Of a stretch of 64,000 bases of DNA, positions 46,567 through 57,965 are shown in pieces; within the stretch, counting starts at the first letter, position 1, and the number at the start of each line of letters is the position of its first letter. Made by a program: the position numbers and the translations under genes. The stretch comes from Paracoccaceae bacterium. Its GTDB lineage: Bacteria; Pseudomonadota; Alphaproteobacteria; Rhodobacterales; Rhodobacteraceae. The notes under the pieces are model-generated. The model ran no database searches. It saw nothing but the letters and a program-made list of their open reading frames with translations, and was not told the DNA's origin. The DNA is taken from contig CP121336.1 of assembly GCA_043553855.1 (NCBI GenBank), forward strand, positions 3,559,249 through 3,623,248, written 5' to 3'.

Positions 46567-49500
46567 ATGACGCAGCACACACCGACAAAACGGCTTGAGA
46601 TGACGCTTGAAGATCGCCTTCATCAGGAAGAGGGCTGGGTATACATGACGGGGATGCAGGCGTTGGTTCGGTTGCCGATCCAGCAGCGCAAGCGCGATGC
46701 GGCGGCGGGTTTGAATACCGGCGGGTATATCTCGGGCTATCGCGGTTCGCCTGTGGGCACCTATGACATGGCGCTCTGGCAGGCCGAGGCGGTGCTCAAG
46801 GATCATAACATCCATTTTCAGCCGGGGGTGAACGAGGATCTGGCCGCGACGGCGACCTGGGGGTCGCAATTGGTGGGAACCTTCCCCGGTGCGCGGGTCG
46901 AGGGCGTGTTTTCCATCTGGTATGGCAAGGCCCCGGGCATGGACCGTTCGATGGACCCGCTGCGCCACGCAAATCTGGCGGGGACCAGTCCCAAGGGCGG
47001 ATCGCTGTTGCTGGTGGGCGACGATCACGGGGCAAAGTCCTCGACGCTGGCCTGTTATTCGGATCTGAACTTTGCGTCTTTGGGGATGCCGCTTCTGGCT
47101 CCGTCGAATGCGCAGGATGTGCTTGATATGGGGCTGCATGGCATCGCGATGAGCCGGTATTCCGGCACATTGACGGGGATGAAGCTGGTAACGGACGTGG
47201 TCGAGGGCGGAGGCTCTGTTCATGTGGCCCCGGACAGCCCGCAGATCGTCCTGCCCGAGGGGGATGTGACCGACACCGGTATCAAGCCGTTTACGCCGAT
47301 CCCCGAACAGGAACGTCTGCTGTGGGATGTGAAGCTCAAGAAAGTGCTGGCCTATGCGCGGGCCAATGGTCTGAACCGGATCGACGGACCACAGGATGCC
47401 CTGATCGGGATCGTCGCGGCGGGAAAGGCGTGGCAGGACCTGAGCCAATCCCTGTCCGGTCTGGGGTATCGCGATGGTAAGCTGGGCAATATGCCGGTTC
47501 GGCTGCTCAAGGTGGGCATGGTCTGGCCGCTTGATCCGCGGGTGATCAGCGACTTTGCCCGGGGATTGGAGACGATCCTCGTGGTTGAGGAAAAGCGCCC
47601 CTTGCTGGAAGACCAGATCCGCGCGATCCTCTACGAGACCGACCACCGCCCGCGCATCGTCGGCAAGACGTTCCGGGGCACGGCCTATACTGCCGCTGAC
47701 GACGATTGCGCCTTTCCGGGGTTCGGCGAGATTGACCCGAACCAGGTGATGCGGGTTCTGGTGCGCGTGGCGCAGGAAACCGATCCCGATTGCGGCCTGT
47801 CTCTGCCCAATCAACCCGAAGCGCCGCCCAAACTGGGGGCAGGGGTCATCCGCCCGCCGTCTTTCTGTGCGGGCTGTCCGCATGGGCGATCCACACAGGT
47901 GGTCGATGGGTCGCGCGCGCTTGCCGGGATCGGGTGCCACACGATGGCGATGTTGCGCAATCCGGCAAAGACCAACTCGGTCAGCCACATGGGCGGCGAA
48001 GGGGCGATGTGGCTGGGGCAGTATCCGTTTACCGATGAGGCCCACGTTTTTGCGAATATGGGCGACGGCACCTATTTTCATTCCGGCCTCATGGCCATCC
48101 GTGCCGCGATCGCGGCGGGGGCACCGATAACTTACAAACTGCTGCACAACGGGTTCGTGTCCATGACCGGCGGACAGGCCCATGATGGAGAAGTCAGCCC
48201 GGAACAGATGGTGCGCCAGCTCCGTGCCGAAGGGGTTGAACGTATCGCGCTGGTGGCCGACGAGCCGGAAAAATATGACGGCAAGCCGCTGGGCACCGGG
48301 GTCAGCGTGCACCCGCGTGGGGAACTGCAACTGGTAGAGCGGGAGTTGCGCGAAAAGAAGGGCGTGACGGTAATCATCTACGATCAGCCCTGTGCGACCG
48401 AACGCCGCCGCCTGCGCAAGCGCGGCAAGTGGGTGGACCCGGACAAGCGGGCCTTTATCAACCCCGAGGTTTGCGAAGGCTGTGGCGATTGCTCGACCGT
48501 GTCGGCCTGTATGGCGATCGAACCGCTGGAAACCGAGTTGGGCCGCAAGCGCAAGATCAACCAGTCGTCCTGCAACAAGGATTTTTCCTGTGTCGAGGGC
48601 TTCTGCCCGTCCTTTGTGACGGTGACGGGGGCGACCCCGCGCAAGGTCCAGAAAGAAGAGATCGACTTTGACGTCAGTCACCTGCCGGACCCGACGCCGC
48701 GCGCGATTGACGGATCCTGGTCGATCCTTGTGTCGGGCATAGGCGGTGCCGGGGTTGTGACCGTGGGTCAGACATTGGCGGTGGCTGCCCATGCGGATGG
48801 GTATTTTTCGTCCAACCTCGATATCACGGGCCTGGCCCAGAAATACGGCGCGGTGCACAGCCATATCAAACTGGCGCTCAGCCCCGACCAGATGCGGGCC
48901 ACGCGCATTGCGGCGGCCGAGGCGGATGCGCTGATCGGCTGCGATTTGGTGGTGGCTGCGGGCGACGAAGCATTGTCAAAACTGACCCCCGGAAAATCGG
49001 TCGCAGTCACGGATACCACTGTGGTGCCGACCTCCGAGTTCTCCCAGAACCCCGATTGGCAGTTGAGCGGCACAGAGCAGGCCGAACGCTTGACGCGCGT
49101 TCTGGGCGACGACGCGGTCGCGCTGGATGCGCAGACCATCGCGGAACGGGTCATGGGGGACCGTGTCTTTGCCAATATGCTGCTCATGGGCGCGTCATGG
49201 CAGCAGGGCGGTGTGCCCTTGTCGCTTGAGGCAATCCACCATGCGATCGGGTTGAACGGCGTTGCAGTGGCCAAGAACAAGCGCGCGTTTGATCTGGGCC
49301 GTCTGGCGATGGCTGATCCCGATGCGGTCAAGGCACTGATGAAGGAGGACGTGCCGGTTCTTCTGGATGCGCACCGCGCCCGGTCGCTTGAGGATATCGT
49401 GGCCCACCGCAGTGCCGAGCTGATCGCCTATGACGGGCCTGCTTTGGCCAAACGGTATACCGACATGATCGCGCGGGCCAAGGGCGCGGGGCTGGATGAT

Positions 49501-50022
49501 GCGGCTCTCAAGGCGATCGCGCGGGGCTATTACAAGCTTCTGGCGGTCAAGGATGAATGGGAGGCCGCGCGGCTGTATTGCAAGCCGTCGTTCCGCAAAT
49601 CCCTGAGCGAAACCTTTGACGGCGACATGGAGATGACTTTCTATTTCGGTGCATGGCCCTTTGGCGGGGTCGATCCCAAGACCGGCAAGGCCACCAAAGG
49701 CGCGGTCAAAGGCAAGACGGCGATGCGGTTCTTTGCGCTGATGAACCGTTTCCGCCGGCTGCGTGGCTCCGTCCTTGATCCGTTCCGCAACGGAGAAGAG
49801 GCCGTTCTGGCGCGTCGCATCCTGGCCGATTACGAGGCCGATATCGACTTTGCATTGGCCAATTGGTCCGACGCGAAAGCGGCAGACCTGACCGAGCTTC
49901 TCGACTTGCCCGAGCATATCCGCGGCTATGGCCACGTCCGCGCCCGCCACGCGGCAGAGGCGGATCAAACGCGTGCCCGCCTGCGGGCTGCGGTCGCAGA
50001 CGTCGCAATCGCCGCAGAGTAA
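46567..50022 (+). CDS. Indolepyruvate:ferredoxin oxidoreductase family protein (fused alpha/beta)
   Basis: About 1150 aa with a TPP-binding region, ferredoxin-like Cys clusters (CxGCGDC..) and a C-terminal gamma-like domain. ATG 46567 preferred. Confidence 0.85.
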   Translation: MTQHTPTKRLEMTLEDRLHQEEGWVYMTGMQALVRLPIQQRKRDAAAGLNTGGYISGYRGSPVGTYDMALWQAEAVLKDHNIHFQPGVNEDLAATATWGSQLVGTFPGARVEGVFSIWYGKAPGMDRSMDPLRHANLAGTSPKGGSLLLVGDDHGAKSSTLACYSDLNFASLGMPLLAPSNAQDVLDMGLHGIAMSRYSGTLTGMKLVTDVVEGGGSVHVAPDSPQIVLPEGDVTDTGIKPFTPIPEQERLLWDVKLKKVLAYARANGLNRIDGPQDALIGIVAAGKAWQDLSQSLSGLGYRDGKLGNMPVRLLKVGMVWPLDPRVISDFARGLETILVVEEKRPLLEDQIRAILYETDHRPRIVGKTFRGTAYTAADDDCAFPGFGEIDPNQVMRVLVRVAQETDPDCGLSLPNQPEAPPKLGAGVIRPPSFCAGCPHGRSTQVVDGSRALAGIGCHTMAMLRNPAKTNSVSHMGGEGAMWLGQYPFTDEAHVFANMGDGTYFHSGLMAIRAAIAAGAPITYKLLHNGFVSMTGGQAHDGEVSPEQMVRQLRAEGVERIALVADEPEKYDGKPLGTGVSVHPRGELQLVERELREKKGVTVIIYDQPCATERRRLRKRGKWVDPDKRAFINPEVCEGCGDCSTVSACMAIEPLETELGRKRKINQSSCNKDFSCVEGFCPSFVTVTGATPRKVQKEEIDFDVSHLPDPTPRAIDGSWSILVSGIGGAGVVTVGQTLAVAAHADGYFSSNLDITGLAQKYGAVHSHIKLALSPDQMRATRIAAAEADALIGCDLVVAAGDEALSKLTPGKSVAVTDTTVVPTSEFSQNPDWQLSGTEQAERLTRVLGDDAVALDAQTIAERVMGDRVFANMLLMGASWQQGGVPLSLEAIHHAIGLNGVAVAKNKRAFDLGRLAMADPDAVKALMKEDVPVLLDAHRARSLEDIVAHRSAELIAYDGPALAKRYTDMIARAKGAGLDDAALKAIARGYYKLLAVKDEWEAARLYCKPSFRKSLSETFDGDMEMTFYFGAWPFGGVDPKTGKATKGAVKGKTAMRFFALMNRFRRLRGSVLDPFRNGEEAVLARRILADYEADIDFALANWSDAKAADLTELLDLPEHIRGYGHVRARHAAEADQTRARLRAAVADVAIAAE

Positions 50023-50034
50023 GGAGGACGCGGT

Positions 50035-51906
50035 ATGAAATTGAGGTCTGACAAAGTAACGGTCGGTGCGTTGAACACGGGCGTTCGTGCGCTGTGGCGG
50101 GCGACGGGAACGCAACCCGAAGAGTTCGGCCGCCCGATCATCGGGATCGCCAACTCCTTTACCGAGATGGTCCCGGGGCACGTGCATCTTCAGGCGCTGG
50201 GGCGTCTGGTCGCCAAGGAAATCCGCGCCGCGGGCGGCGTGCCCAAGGAGTTCAACACGATCGCGGTGGATGACGGCATCGCCATGGGGCACGAAGGCAT
50301 GATGTATTCGCTGCCCTCGCGCGAACTGATCGCGGATGCCTGCGAATACATGGCCAACGCCCATGCTATCGACGCGATGATCTGCCTGAGCAATTGCGAC
50401 AAGATCACGCCTGCCATGCTGATGGCCGCGAACCGGCTGAATATCCCGACAATCTTTGTCTCGGGCGGGCCGATGGAGAGCGGCAAGTTCGACTTCAGAG
50501 GCGAGACGAAACGCGTCGACGCCATCGACACGATCTATGTTGCGGGCGATCCCTCGGCCACCCAAGATGAGATCGACGCCGTGGAAGAGGCCGCATGCCC
50601 GACCTGCGGCTCCTGCGCGCTGATGGGCACGGCCAATTCGATGAACTGCCTGACTGAGGCGCTCGGCATGGCGCTGCCCGGCAACGGCACTATTGTCGCG
50701 ACACATACGGACCGCGAGGACCTGTTCAAGAAGGCGGCGCACCGGATCGTGGACATGGCGCTGGCCTATTATCGTGACGGCGACGCCAGCGTCCTGCCCC
50801 GCTCGATCTGTTCGCGCGAGGGGCTGGAAAATGCCGTGCGCATGACGATGGCCATCGGCGGGTCGACCAACACCATCCTGCATCTTCTGGCCGTGGCACA
50901 GGAGGCGGGTGCCGCGTTTACCATCGACGATTTCGACCGCATCAGCCGCGACACGCCCTGTCTGTGCAAAGTCTCGCCTTCCGCGCATGAGATCTTTATC
51001 GAGGATATGCACCGCGCAGGTGGCGTCATGGCAGTGGCGCACGAATTGCTGAAAGCGGGCAAATACAATGGCGACGTGCCCACCGCTCTTGGCCAACCTG
51101 TCTCGGAGTATTGCGCCGATTGGGACATCACCAATCCCGGCAACGAAGAGGCCCGCAAGCTCTTTTCCGCCGGTCCGGGCGGTATCCGCTCGATCCGCGC
51201 GTTTTCGCAATCGAGCCGTTTCAAGGAGCTGGACACAGACCGCGAAAACGGCGTGATCCGCAGCGCCAATCACGCCTTTACCGAGGATGGTGGCCTTGCC
51301 GTGCTGCGCGGCAATCTCGCGCCTGACAGTTGTGTGGTGAAATCGGCAGGTGTTCCAGATACCCTGTGGCAGTTCCGTGGGACGGCGGTTGTCAGCGAAA
51401 GCATGGAAGAGGCGCTGGAGAAGATCCAGAATGGCACCGTGCAGGCGGGCAATGTGGTGGTGATCCGCTACGAGGGGCCGCGCGGCGGGCCGGGCATGCG
51501 CGAAATGCTGACGCCAACGGGCGTGATGAAGGCGATGGGCCTCGGAGACAAGGCCGCGCTCATCACCGATGGGCGTTTCTCGGGCGCGACCTCGGGGCTG
51601 TCGGTGGGGCACGTGTCGCCGGAAGCCGCCTCCGGTGGTGCCATTGCCTTGGTGCAGGACGGCGATGTGATCGAATTTGATATCCCGAGCCGTCGCGTGC
51701 ATCTCGATATCTCCGACGACGAGCTTGCCCGCCGCCGCGCCGCAATGAACGCGCGCGGCGACAAGGCCTGGAAACCAGCAACCCGCCAGCGCGACGTCTC
51801 AACGGCCCTGCGGATCTACGGCCTCATGGCAGCCTCCGCCGACAAAGGCGGCGCGCGCGATCTGGAGCGACTGGCAGAACTCGAACGCTTCGCGGCAAAG
51901 GTATAA
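50035..51906 (+). CDS. ilvD: Dihydroxy-acid dehydratase
   Basis: ..NCDKITPAMLMAA..GRFSGATSGLSVGHVSPEA.. are canonical IlvD motifs. Confidence 0.95.
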   Translation: MKLRSDKVTVGALNTGVRALWRATGTQPEEFGRPIIGIANSFTEMVPGHVHLQALGRLVAKEIRAAGGVPKEFNTIAVDDGIAMGHEGMMYSLPSRELIADACEYMANAHAIDAMICLSNCDKITPAMLMAANRLNIPTIFVSGGPMESGKFDFRGETKRVDAIDTIYVAGDPSATQDEIDAVEEAACPTCGSCALMGTANSMNCLTEALGMALPGNGTIVATHTDREDLFKKAAHRIVDMALAYYRDGDASVLPRSICSREGLENAVRMTMAIGGSTNTILHLLAVAQEAGAAFTIDDFDRISRDTPCLCKVSPSAHEIFIEDMHRAGGVMAVAHELLKAGKYNGDVPTALGQPVSEYCADWDITNPGNEEARKLFSAGPGGIRSIRAFSQSSRFKELDTDRENGVIRSANHAFTEDGGLAVLRGNLAPDSCVVKSAGVPDTLWQFRGTAVVSESMEEALEKIQNGTVQAGNVVVIRYEGPRGGPGMREMLTPTGVMKAMGLGDKAALITDGRFSGATSGLSVGHVSPEAASGGAIALVQDGDVIEFDIPSRRVHLDISDDELARRRAAMNARGDKAWKPATRQRDVSTALRIYGLMAASADKGGARDLERLAELERFAAKV

Positions 51907-52028
51907 GGCGTGGGGGGGCGAAACCCGCGGATCACGGCGCGGTAATCGCCGGCAGATGCGCGGCCCCGGTTTCTCTTTGGCAACGCCCTTCGTGAACATT
52001 TCCAACATGGACAGCGGCGCGTGACCGT

Positions 52029-52124
52029 TTCTTTCTCGTTCAAAATACCCCCGCCGGAGGCACCCCGCGACGCGCGCAGCGCGGCGCAAAACCTTAGCAG
52101 AGTGACGCGCGTAGCGCGTTGCAA
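52029..52124 (-). repeat. Composite intergenic repeat: REP-like element plus GACGCGCG-N-AGCGCG hairpin module(s)
   Basis: The reverse complement of 52029-52061 reads GCCTCCGGCGGGGGTATTTTGAACGAGAAAGAA. Then CCCCGCGACGCGCGCAGCGCGGCGCAAAACCTTAG plus a degenerate second unit GACGCGCGTAGCGCGTTGCAA. Confidence 0.6.
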
Positions 52125-52301
52125 TTGTCTTGGTTGATTATTGGGCCGCGAGTTGTCGCGTCGCTCTTGAACCTTTCATGCGCGTCGCGCGGTGCCATCT
52201 GCGCGGACTTGCCTGTGGGGACTTGGCCACCCCATCTTGCTCTGCTAGCGATAGCTGAGGGAAAATCGGAGGGTGTCTTGGTCAGTCTCAATCGTGTCGC
52301 C

Positions 52302-52838
52302 ATGCAGAAGGCCAGTCGCAAGTTGATCCGGGGGCTCAATCCCGAAACGCAGGACGTGGCGGAAATTTCGGGGAAGTGGGGACAGAATTTTCCGTTCAAG
52401 TCCTATACCCAGTTTCACTTTCCCGAACATGACATATGCAAGGGCCCCATTCGCAATCCCGACCGCAGCATTCGCACCTTTGATCTGATCCTTGCCAATC
52501 AGGTATGGGAACATCTTGACCGCCCCTATACAGCAGCGCGCAGCGTGTTCACCATGTTGCGTCCCGGTGGGCATTTCTGGCTGGCCGTGCCGTTCTTTGT
52601 GCCGTTTCATGCCGCGCCCTATGATTGCGCCCGCTGGTCGGCGCGCGGGTTGCGCAGCCTGTTGCTCGAGGCCGGTTTTCAGGACAGCGCGATTCACGCC
52701 GAGCAATGGGGCAACCGCAACGCGGCGTTGCGCAATCTCGAGGACGTGTGGCCGCCGGTCTACGATCCAGAAACCGACTCGCTTGAAAACGATCCGAACA
52801 TGCCGGTCTGCGCGTGGGCCATCGCGCAACGGCTGTAG
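52302..52838 (+). CDS. Class I SAM-dependent methyltransferase
   Basis: ..DLILANQVWEHLDRPYTAARSVFTMLRPGGHFWLAVP.. is a Methyltransf_11-like core. The start is uncertain. Confidence 0.55.
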   Translation: MQKASRKLIRGLNPETQDVAEISGKWGQNFPFKSYTQFHFPEHDICKGPIRNPDRSIRTFDLILANQVWEHLDRPYTAARSVFTMLRPGGHFWLAVPFFVPFHAAPYDCARWSARGLRSLLLEAGFQDSAIHAEQWGNRNAALRNLEDVWPPVYDPETDSLENDPNMPVCAWAIAQRL

Positions 52839-52839
52839 G

Positions 52840-54018
52840 GTGATTGCGTCCCGCACCAATTGGCGGCTGGTTCTGTTGATCTGGGCGGCCGGTCTGGGAG
52901 CGGCTGCGCAATATGGCAAGGTCAGCGTGGTCTATGACCAACTGCCTGCGATCTATCCTCAGGCGGGCCCGTCCTTGGGGTTTGCGGTGTCGCTGGTGGG
53001 GTTTGTTGGCATCCTCTTTGGCGTGGTGGCCGGGTTGCTGGTGGCGCGTCTGGGCTACCGCCGGACTTTGCTGGCTGCGCTTTGGGTGGGGGCCGGGCTG
53101 TCGGTCTTGCAGGCCAGCCTGCCGCCGGTGCCGGTGTTGCTGGCCGCGCGCGCGCTTGAGGGGGCATCGCATTTGGCCATTGTGGTGGCGGCTCCGACAT
53201 TCATCGCTCAACTGTCGGCCCCGCGCCATCGCGGCTTTACGCTCAGTCTCTGGAGCACCTTTTTCGGCGTGTCCTATACCGTTTTGGTGATGTTGGGCTT
53301 GCCTTTGGTGGCGCGCTTTGGTGTGCCTGCGCTGTTTGTGGCCCATGCGGTCTGGATGGCGGTGCTGGCGGTGATCCTCTCGCGGGCCTTGCCGCGTCTG
53401 GGTGCGCAGGGGGATGCGCCGCCGTTGTCGGTGGCCGGGGTGTTGCGCGATCATGCGGCGATCTACCGGTCGCCATTCATCGCCGCGCCTGCGTTGGGTT
53501 GGTTGTTCTATACCTTTTGCTTTCTGGCATTACTGACGCTGCTCCCGCCCTTTATTCCACCAGAGATCCGCGCCGCGACGCTGGCGGCGATGCCGCTTGT
53601 TTCGATTGTTGTTTCAATGACCTTGGGCGTGGCGCTGTTACGGCGGGTGACAGCGGTTGCTGTGGTTGTGCTTGGGTTCGCGCTGACGGCCGGATGCCTG
53701 ATCTGGCTGCTCTGGCTGCCGGGTGCGCCGCTGGCCTGTTTGTGCCTTGCGGGGGCGTTGGGTCTGGTCCAGGGGGCAAGCTTTGCCGCCGTGCCTGCGC
53801 TGAATGACACGCCCGCGCATCAGGCACAGGCAAACGGGGCGATGGCGCAGATGGGCAATCTGGGCAACACGCTGGGCACGCCGGCCTTGGCAGCGATTGT
53901 CGCGACAGCCGGATACAGCGGGATGATCCTTCTGGCGCTGATCGTCTTTGCAGCGGGGGCCCTGTTGCACCTTTGGATGGCTTATCGCCGCCGTTCCTGC
54001 TTCGTTCCGCATTTTTGA
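52840..54018 (+). CDS. MFS transporter
   Basis: GTG 52840 lies 1 nt after the methyltransferase stop. Multi-TM sequence with an MFS-like loop (..[12 protein letters not shown]..). Confidence 0.7.
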   Translation: MIASRTNWRLVLLIWAAGLGAAAQYGKVSVVYDQLPAIYPQAGPSLGFAVSLVGFVGILFGVVAGLLVARLGYRRTLLAALWVGAGLSVLQASLPPVPVLLAARALEGASHLAIVVAAPTFIAQLSAPRHRGFTLSLWSTFFGVSYTVLVMLGLPLVARFGVPALFVAHAVWMAVLAVILSRALPRLGAQGDAPPLSVAGVLRDHAAIYRSPFIAAPALGWLFYTFCFLALLTLLPPFIPPEIRAATLAAMPLVSIVVSMTLGVALLRRVTAVAVVVLGFALTAGCLIWLLWLPGAPLACLCLAGALGLVQGASFAAVPALNDTPAHQAQANGAMAQMGNLGNTLGTPALAAIVATAGYSGMILLALIVFAAGALLHLWMAYRRRSCFVPHF

Positions 54019-54071
54019 TTGGAGAATCCGCCGCTCTGCCTTATGTCTCATCTGTCAGTCAGGGGGTCAGA

Positions 54072-56930
54072 ATGGCCGAGTTGAAGCATATCGAAGTGCG
54101 CGGCGCGCGCGAACACAATCTCAAGGGGATCGATGTCGATATTCCCCGCGATCAGCTTGTGGTGATCACGGGGCTTAGCGGATCGGGAAAGTCTTCGCTG
54201 GCTTTTGACACGATTTACGCCGAGGGCCAGCGACGCTATGTCGAAAGCCTGTCGGCCTATGCGCGGCAGTTCCTCGATATGATGGAAAAGCCCGATGTTG
54301 ATCACATCAGCGGTCTGTCGCCCGCGATTTCGATTGAACAAAAAACCACGTCCAAGAATCCGCGATCAACCGTCGGCACTGTCACTGAAATCTATGACTA
54401 CATGCGGCTGCTGTTTGCCCGTGCAGGAACGCCGTTCAGCCCGGCCACCGGCCAACCCATCGAGGCGCAGCAGGTTCAGGACATGGTGGACCGCATCGCC
54501 ACGATGCAGGAGGGCACGCGCGCCTATCTGCTGGCCCCGATCGTGCGGGATCGCAAGGGCGAATATCGCAAGGAATTCCTTGAGCTTCGCAAGCAGGGCT
54601 TCCAGCGGGTCAAGGTCGACGGTGCGTTTTACGAACTGGATGAACCGCCCACTCTGGACAAGAAGTACCGTCACGATATCGACGTGGTTGTGGATCGCAT
54701 CGTGGTGCGCGAGGGCATGGAAACCCGCCTTGCCGACAGCCTGCGCACAGCACTTGACCTTGCCGACGGGATTGCCATCCTGGAAACCGCCCCCGCCGAA
54801 GGCGATCCGGAGCGCATTACCTTTTCAGAGAATTTCGCCTGTCCGGTGTCGGGTTTTACCATCCCCGAGATCGAACCGCGCCTGTTTTCTTTCAATGCGC
54901 CGTTTGGGGCCTGCCCCGATTGCGATGGCCTCGGGGTCGAGCTTTTCTTTGACGAACGTCTGGTGGTCCCGGATGTCACGCTCAAGGTCTATGACGGCGC
55001 ATTGGCCCCGTGGCGCAAAGGCAAGTCACCGTATTTCCTGCAAACCATCGAGGCGCTCGCCAAGCATTACGAATTCGACAAGAATTCCCGCTGGAAGGAT
55101 CTTCCGGCCTTTGTCCAGCAGGTCTTTCTGCACGGGTCTGGGGATGAGGAAATCCAGTTCCGCTATGATGAGGGTGGGCGCGTCTATCAAATCAGCCGTG
55201 TGTTTGAAGGCGTCATTCCCAACATGCAGCGCCGCTATCGCGAGACCGACAGCAACTGGATACGTGAGGAATTCGAACGTTATCAGAACAATCGCCCCTG
55301 TGGGACCTGCAATGGGTTCCGCCTTCGTCAGGAGGCACTGGCCGTCAAGATCGCGGGCCTGCACGTGGGCCATGTCGTGCAAATGTCGATCCGCGAGGCG
55401 TTCGACTGGTGCAAGACTGTGCCCGATCACCTGACCGCTCAGAAAACCGAAATCGCGCAGGCCATTCTCAAGGAGATCCGCGAACGTCTGGGCTTTCTCA
55501 ACAATGTGGGTCTTGATTACCTGACCCTGTCGCGCAATGCGGGCACGCTTTCGGGCGGCGAAAGCCAGCGTATCCGACTGGCCTCGCAGATCGGCTCGGG
55601 CCTGACGGGCGTTTTGTATGTGCTGGACGAACCGTCGATCGGCCTGCATCAGCGCGACAACGACCGCCTGCTTGGCACGCTCAAGAATCTGCGCGATCAG
55701 GGCAACACGGTGATCGTGGTGGAACACGACGAAGAAGCCATCCGCGAAGCTGACTATGTGTTTGATATCGGTCCGGGTGCCGGCGTGCATGGCGGGCAGG
55801 TCGTCTCTCATGGCAAACCCGAGGACGTGGCCAACGATCCGGCCAGCCTGACCGGGCAATACCTGTCGGGAGCCCGCGAAATTGCCATTCCCGCAGAACG
55901 CCGCGCGGGGAAGGGCAAGAGCGTGACCGTCGTCAAGGCGACCGGCAACAACCTCAGGGAAGTGACCGTAGATTTCCCATTGGGGAAATTCGTTTGCGTG
56001 ACCGGCGTATCGGGGGGCGGGAAATCCACACTGACAATCGAGACGCTTTTCAAGACCGCGTCGATGCGCTTGAACGGCGCGCGCCAGACACCGGCGCCAT
56101 GCGAAACCATCAAGGGGCTTGAGCATCTCGACAAGGTAATCGACATAGACCAGCGCCCCATCGGACGCACCCCACGATCCAACCCGGCAACCTATACCGG
56201 GGCCTTCACTCCGATCCGGGACTGGTTCGCGGGCCTGCCTGAATCCAAGGCACGCGGCTATAAACCCGGACGGTTTTCCTTCAACGTAAAGGGCGGCCGC
56301 TGCGAGGCGTGTCAGGGCGATGGGCTGATCAAGATCGAGATGCACTTCCTGCCGGATGTCTATGTCACCTGCGAAACCTGCAAGGGCGCGCGCTATAACC
56401 GCGAGACGCTTGAAATCAGGTTCAAGGGCAAGTCCATTGCCGATGTGCTGGACATGACGGTCGAGGACGCGCAGGATTTTTTCCGCGCGGTGCCGTCAAT
56501 CCGTGAAAAGATGGATGCGCTGATGCGCGTGGGGCTGGGGTATATCAAGGTGGGCCAACAGGCCACAACCCTGTCTGGTGGCGAGGCGCAGCGCGTCAAA
56601 CTCTCCAAGGAACTGGCCAAACGGTCCACCGGGCGCACGCTCTATATTCTTGACGAACCGACAACAGGGTTGCACTTCGAAGATGTTCGAAAACTTCTCG
56701 AGGTGCTGCATGAGCTGGTGGATCAGGGGAACTCCGTGGTGGTGATCGAACACAATCTCGACGTGGTCAAAACCGCCGACCACCTGATCGACATTGGCCC
56801 CGAAGGCGGCGACGGCGGCGGTCAGGTGGTGGCCACGGGCACCCCGGAAGAGGTGGCCGCCGTGGCGCGCAGCCACACAGGCCAATACCTCGCACCGATG
56901 CTGTCGGTCAAACGTCCGGCGGCGGAGTAA
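54072..56930 (+). CDS. uvrA: Excinuclease ABC subunit A
   Basis: [18 protein letters not shown].., two ABC modules ([20 protein letters not shown]) and zinc fingers. Confidence 0.97.
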   Translation: MAELKHIEVRGAREHNLKGIDVDIPRDQLVVITGLSGSGKSSLAFDTIYAEGQRRYVESLSAYARQFLDMMEKPDVDHISGLSPAISIEQKTTSKNPRSTVGTVTEIYDYMRLLFARAGTPFSPATGQPIEAQQVQDMVDRIATMQEGTRAYLLAPIVRDRKGEYRKEFLELRKQGFQRVKVDGAFYELDEPPTLDKKYRHDIDVVVDRIVVREGMETRLADSLRTALDLADGIAILETAPAEGDPERITFSENFACPVSGFTIPEIEPRLFSFNAPFGACPDCDGLGVELFFDERLVVPDVTLKVYDGALAPWRKGKSPYFLQTIEALAKHYEFDKNSRWKDLPAFVQQVFLHGSGDEEIQFRYDEGGRVYQISRVFEGVIPNMQRRYRETDSNWIREEFERYQNNRPCGTCNGFRLRQEALAVKIAGLHVGHVVQMSIREAFDWCKTVPDHLTAQKTEIAQAILKEIRERLGFLNNVGLDYLTLSRNAGTLSGGESQRIRLASQIGSGLTGVLYVLDEPSIGLHQRDNDRLLGTLKNLRDQGNTVIVVEHDEEAIREADYVFDIGPGAGVHGGQVVSHGKPEDVANDPASLTGQYLSGAREIAIPAERRAGKGKSVTVVKATGNNLREVTVDFPLGKFVCVTGVSGGGKSTLTIETLFKTASMRLNGARQTPAPCETIKGLEHLDKVIDIDQRPIGRTPRSNPATYTGAFTPIRDWFAGLPESKARGYKPGRFSFNVKGGRCEACQGDGLIKIEMHFLPDVYVTCETCKGARYNRETLEIRFKGKSIADVLDMTVEDAQDFFRAVPSIREKMDALMRVGLGYIKVGQQATTLSGGEAQRVKLSKELAKRSTGRTLYILDEPTTGLHFEDVRKLLEVLHELVDQGNSVVVIEHNLDVVKTADHLIDIGPEGGDGGGQVVATGTPEEVAAVARSHTGQYLAPMLSVKRPAAE

Positions 56931-56934
56931 CGCG

Positions 56935-57831
56935 ATGAAGCTTGGGTTGGCGCTGGGTTCCGGCGGTGCACGCGGATGGTGCCACATCGGTGTAATCCGC
57001 GAGCTGGAAACGATGGGCATCGAACCGGACATGATCGCGGGCTGCTCAATGGGGGCGCTGGTCGGCGCGGCATGGGCGGCGGGTCGTCTGGACGAACTTG
57101 AGGATTGGGCGCGGTCCCTGACCCGGACAAAATTCCTGACATTCGTAGACATCCGCCTGGGCGGAGGCGGCTTGATCCGCGGGCGTGCCGTGATGGAAAT
57201 CCTCAAGGCAATTGATGCACCCGACACAATCGAGGAATTGGGAAAACCATTTCTTGCCGTCGCAACCGAGATGGCCACGGGCCGAGAATTCTGGCTGCGC
57301 GAAGGCAGCGTGCACGACGCGGTGCGGGCTTCCGTCTCGATACCGGGGCTGTTTTCGCCACATTGCGTGGATGGGCGCTGGCTGCTTGACGGCGGGCTGA
57401 TCAATCCTGTTCCGGGATCGGCCGCCCGGGCGCTTGGCGCGGATACGGTCATCGCGGTCAACCCCAACGGACGTCACGACGGACACCTCTGGAAACCCCG
57501 CGCCGAAGGGCAGGGCATGTGGGGCCTGCTGACCGGGGACGGTTTGCGCGAAAAACTGCCCGACACGCTTGAGAAATTGCTGCCTGAAACCACGACCGAG
57601 AGCCCGCAACCTCCCGATTATGTCGACGTGGTGTCCACCTCCATCGACATCATGACAGATTACATGCGCAAAACCCGCGCAGCCGGCGACCCGCCACATG
57701 TGTCGCTGGACGCGGATCTGATGGATGAGGTGATGATCACCGATCTCTTCCGCGCGGAAAGAGCGATAGAAGAAGGGCACAAGATGGTTCGTGATCAGGC
57801 AGACACCATCGCCCGGATCTGCGGCGTGTAG
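56935..57831 (+). CDS. Patatin-like phospholipase (RssA-like)
   Basis: GSGGARG oxyanion motif, the GCSMG nucleophile elbow and a DGG catalytic Asp motif. Confidence 0.85.
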   Translation: MKLGLALGSGGARGWCHIGVIRELETMGIEPDMIAGCSMGALVGAAWAAGRLDELEDWARSLTRTKFLTFVDIRLGGGGLIRGRAVMEILKAIDAPDTIEELGKPFLAVATEMATGREFWLREGSVHDAVRASVSIPGLFSPHCVDGRWLLDGGLINPVPGSAARALGADTVIAVNPNGRHDGHLWKPRAEGQGMWGLLTGDGLREKLPDTLEKLLPETTTESPQPPDYVDVVSTSIDIMTDYMRKTRAAGDPPHVSLDADLMDEVMITDLFRAERAIEEGHKMVRDQADTIARICGV

Positions 57832-57926
57832 GCGCGCGTTTTGCCGTGTTGCATTTGTGGGGGCATGGTTTCCCGTCCGCCCTATCCCCCACCTGAGATA
57901 TGTTCTGGAAGAAAATCCAATGCGGC

Positions 57927-57965
57927 TTCTATCTCGTTTCAATTACCCCGGCCGGAGGCGCCCCG
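57927..57965 (-). repeat. Intergenic REP-like element (same family, reverse orientation)
   Basis: The reverse complement of 57927-57959 reads GCCTCCGGCCGGGGTAATTGAAACGAGATAGAA. It is fused to the tandem hairpin module that follows. Confidence 0.6.
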
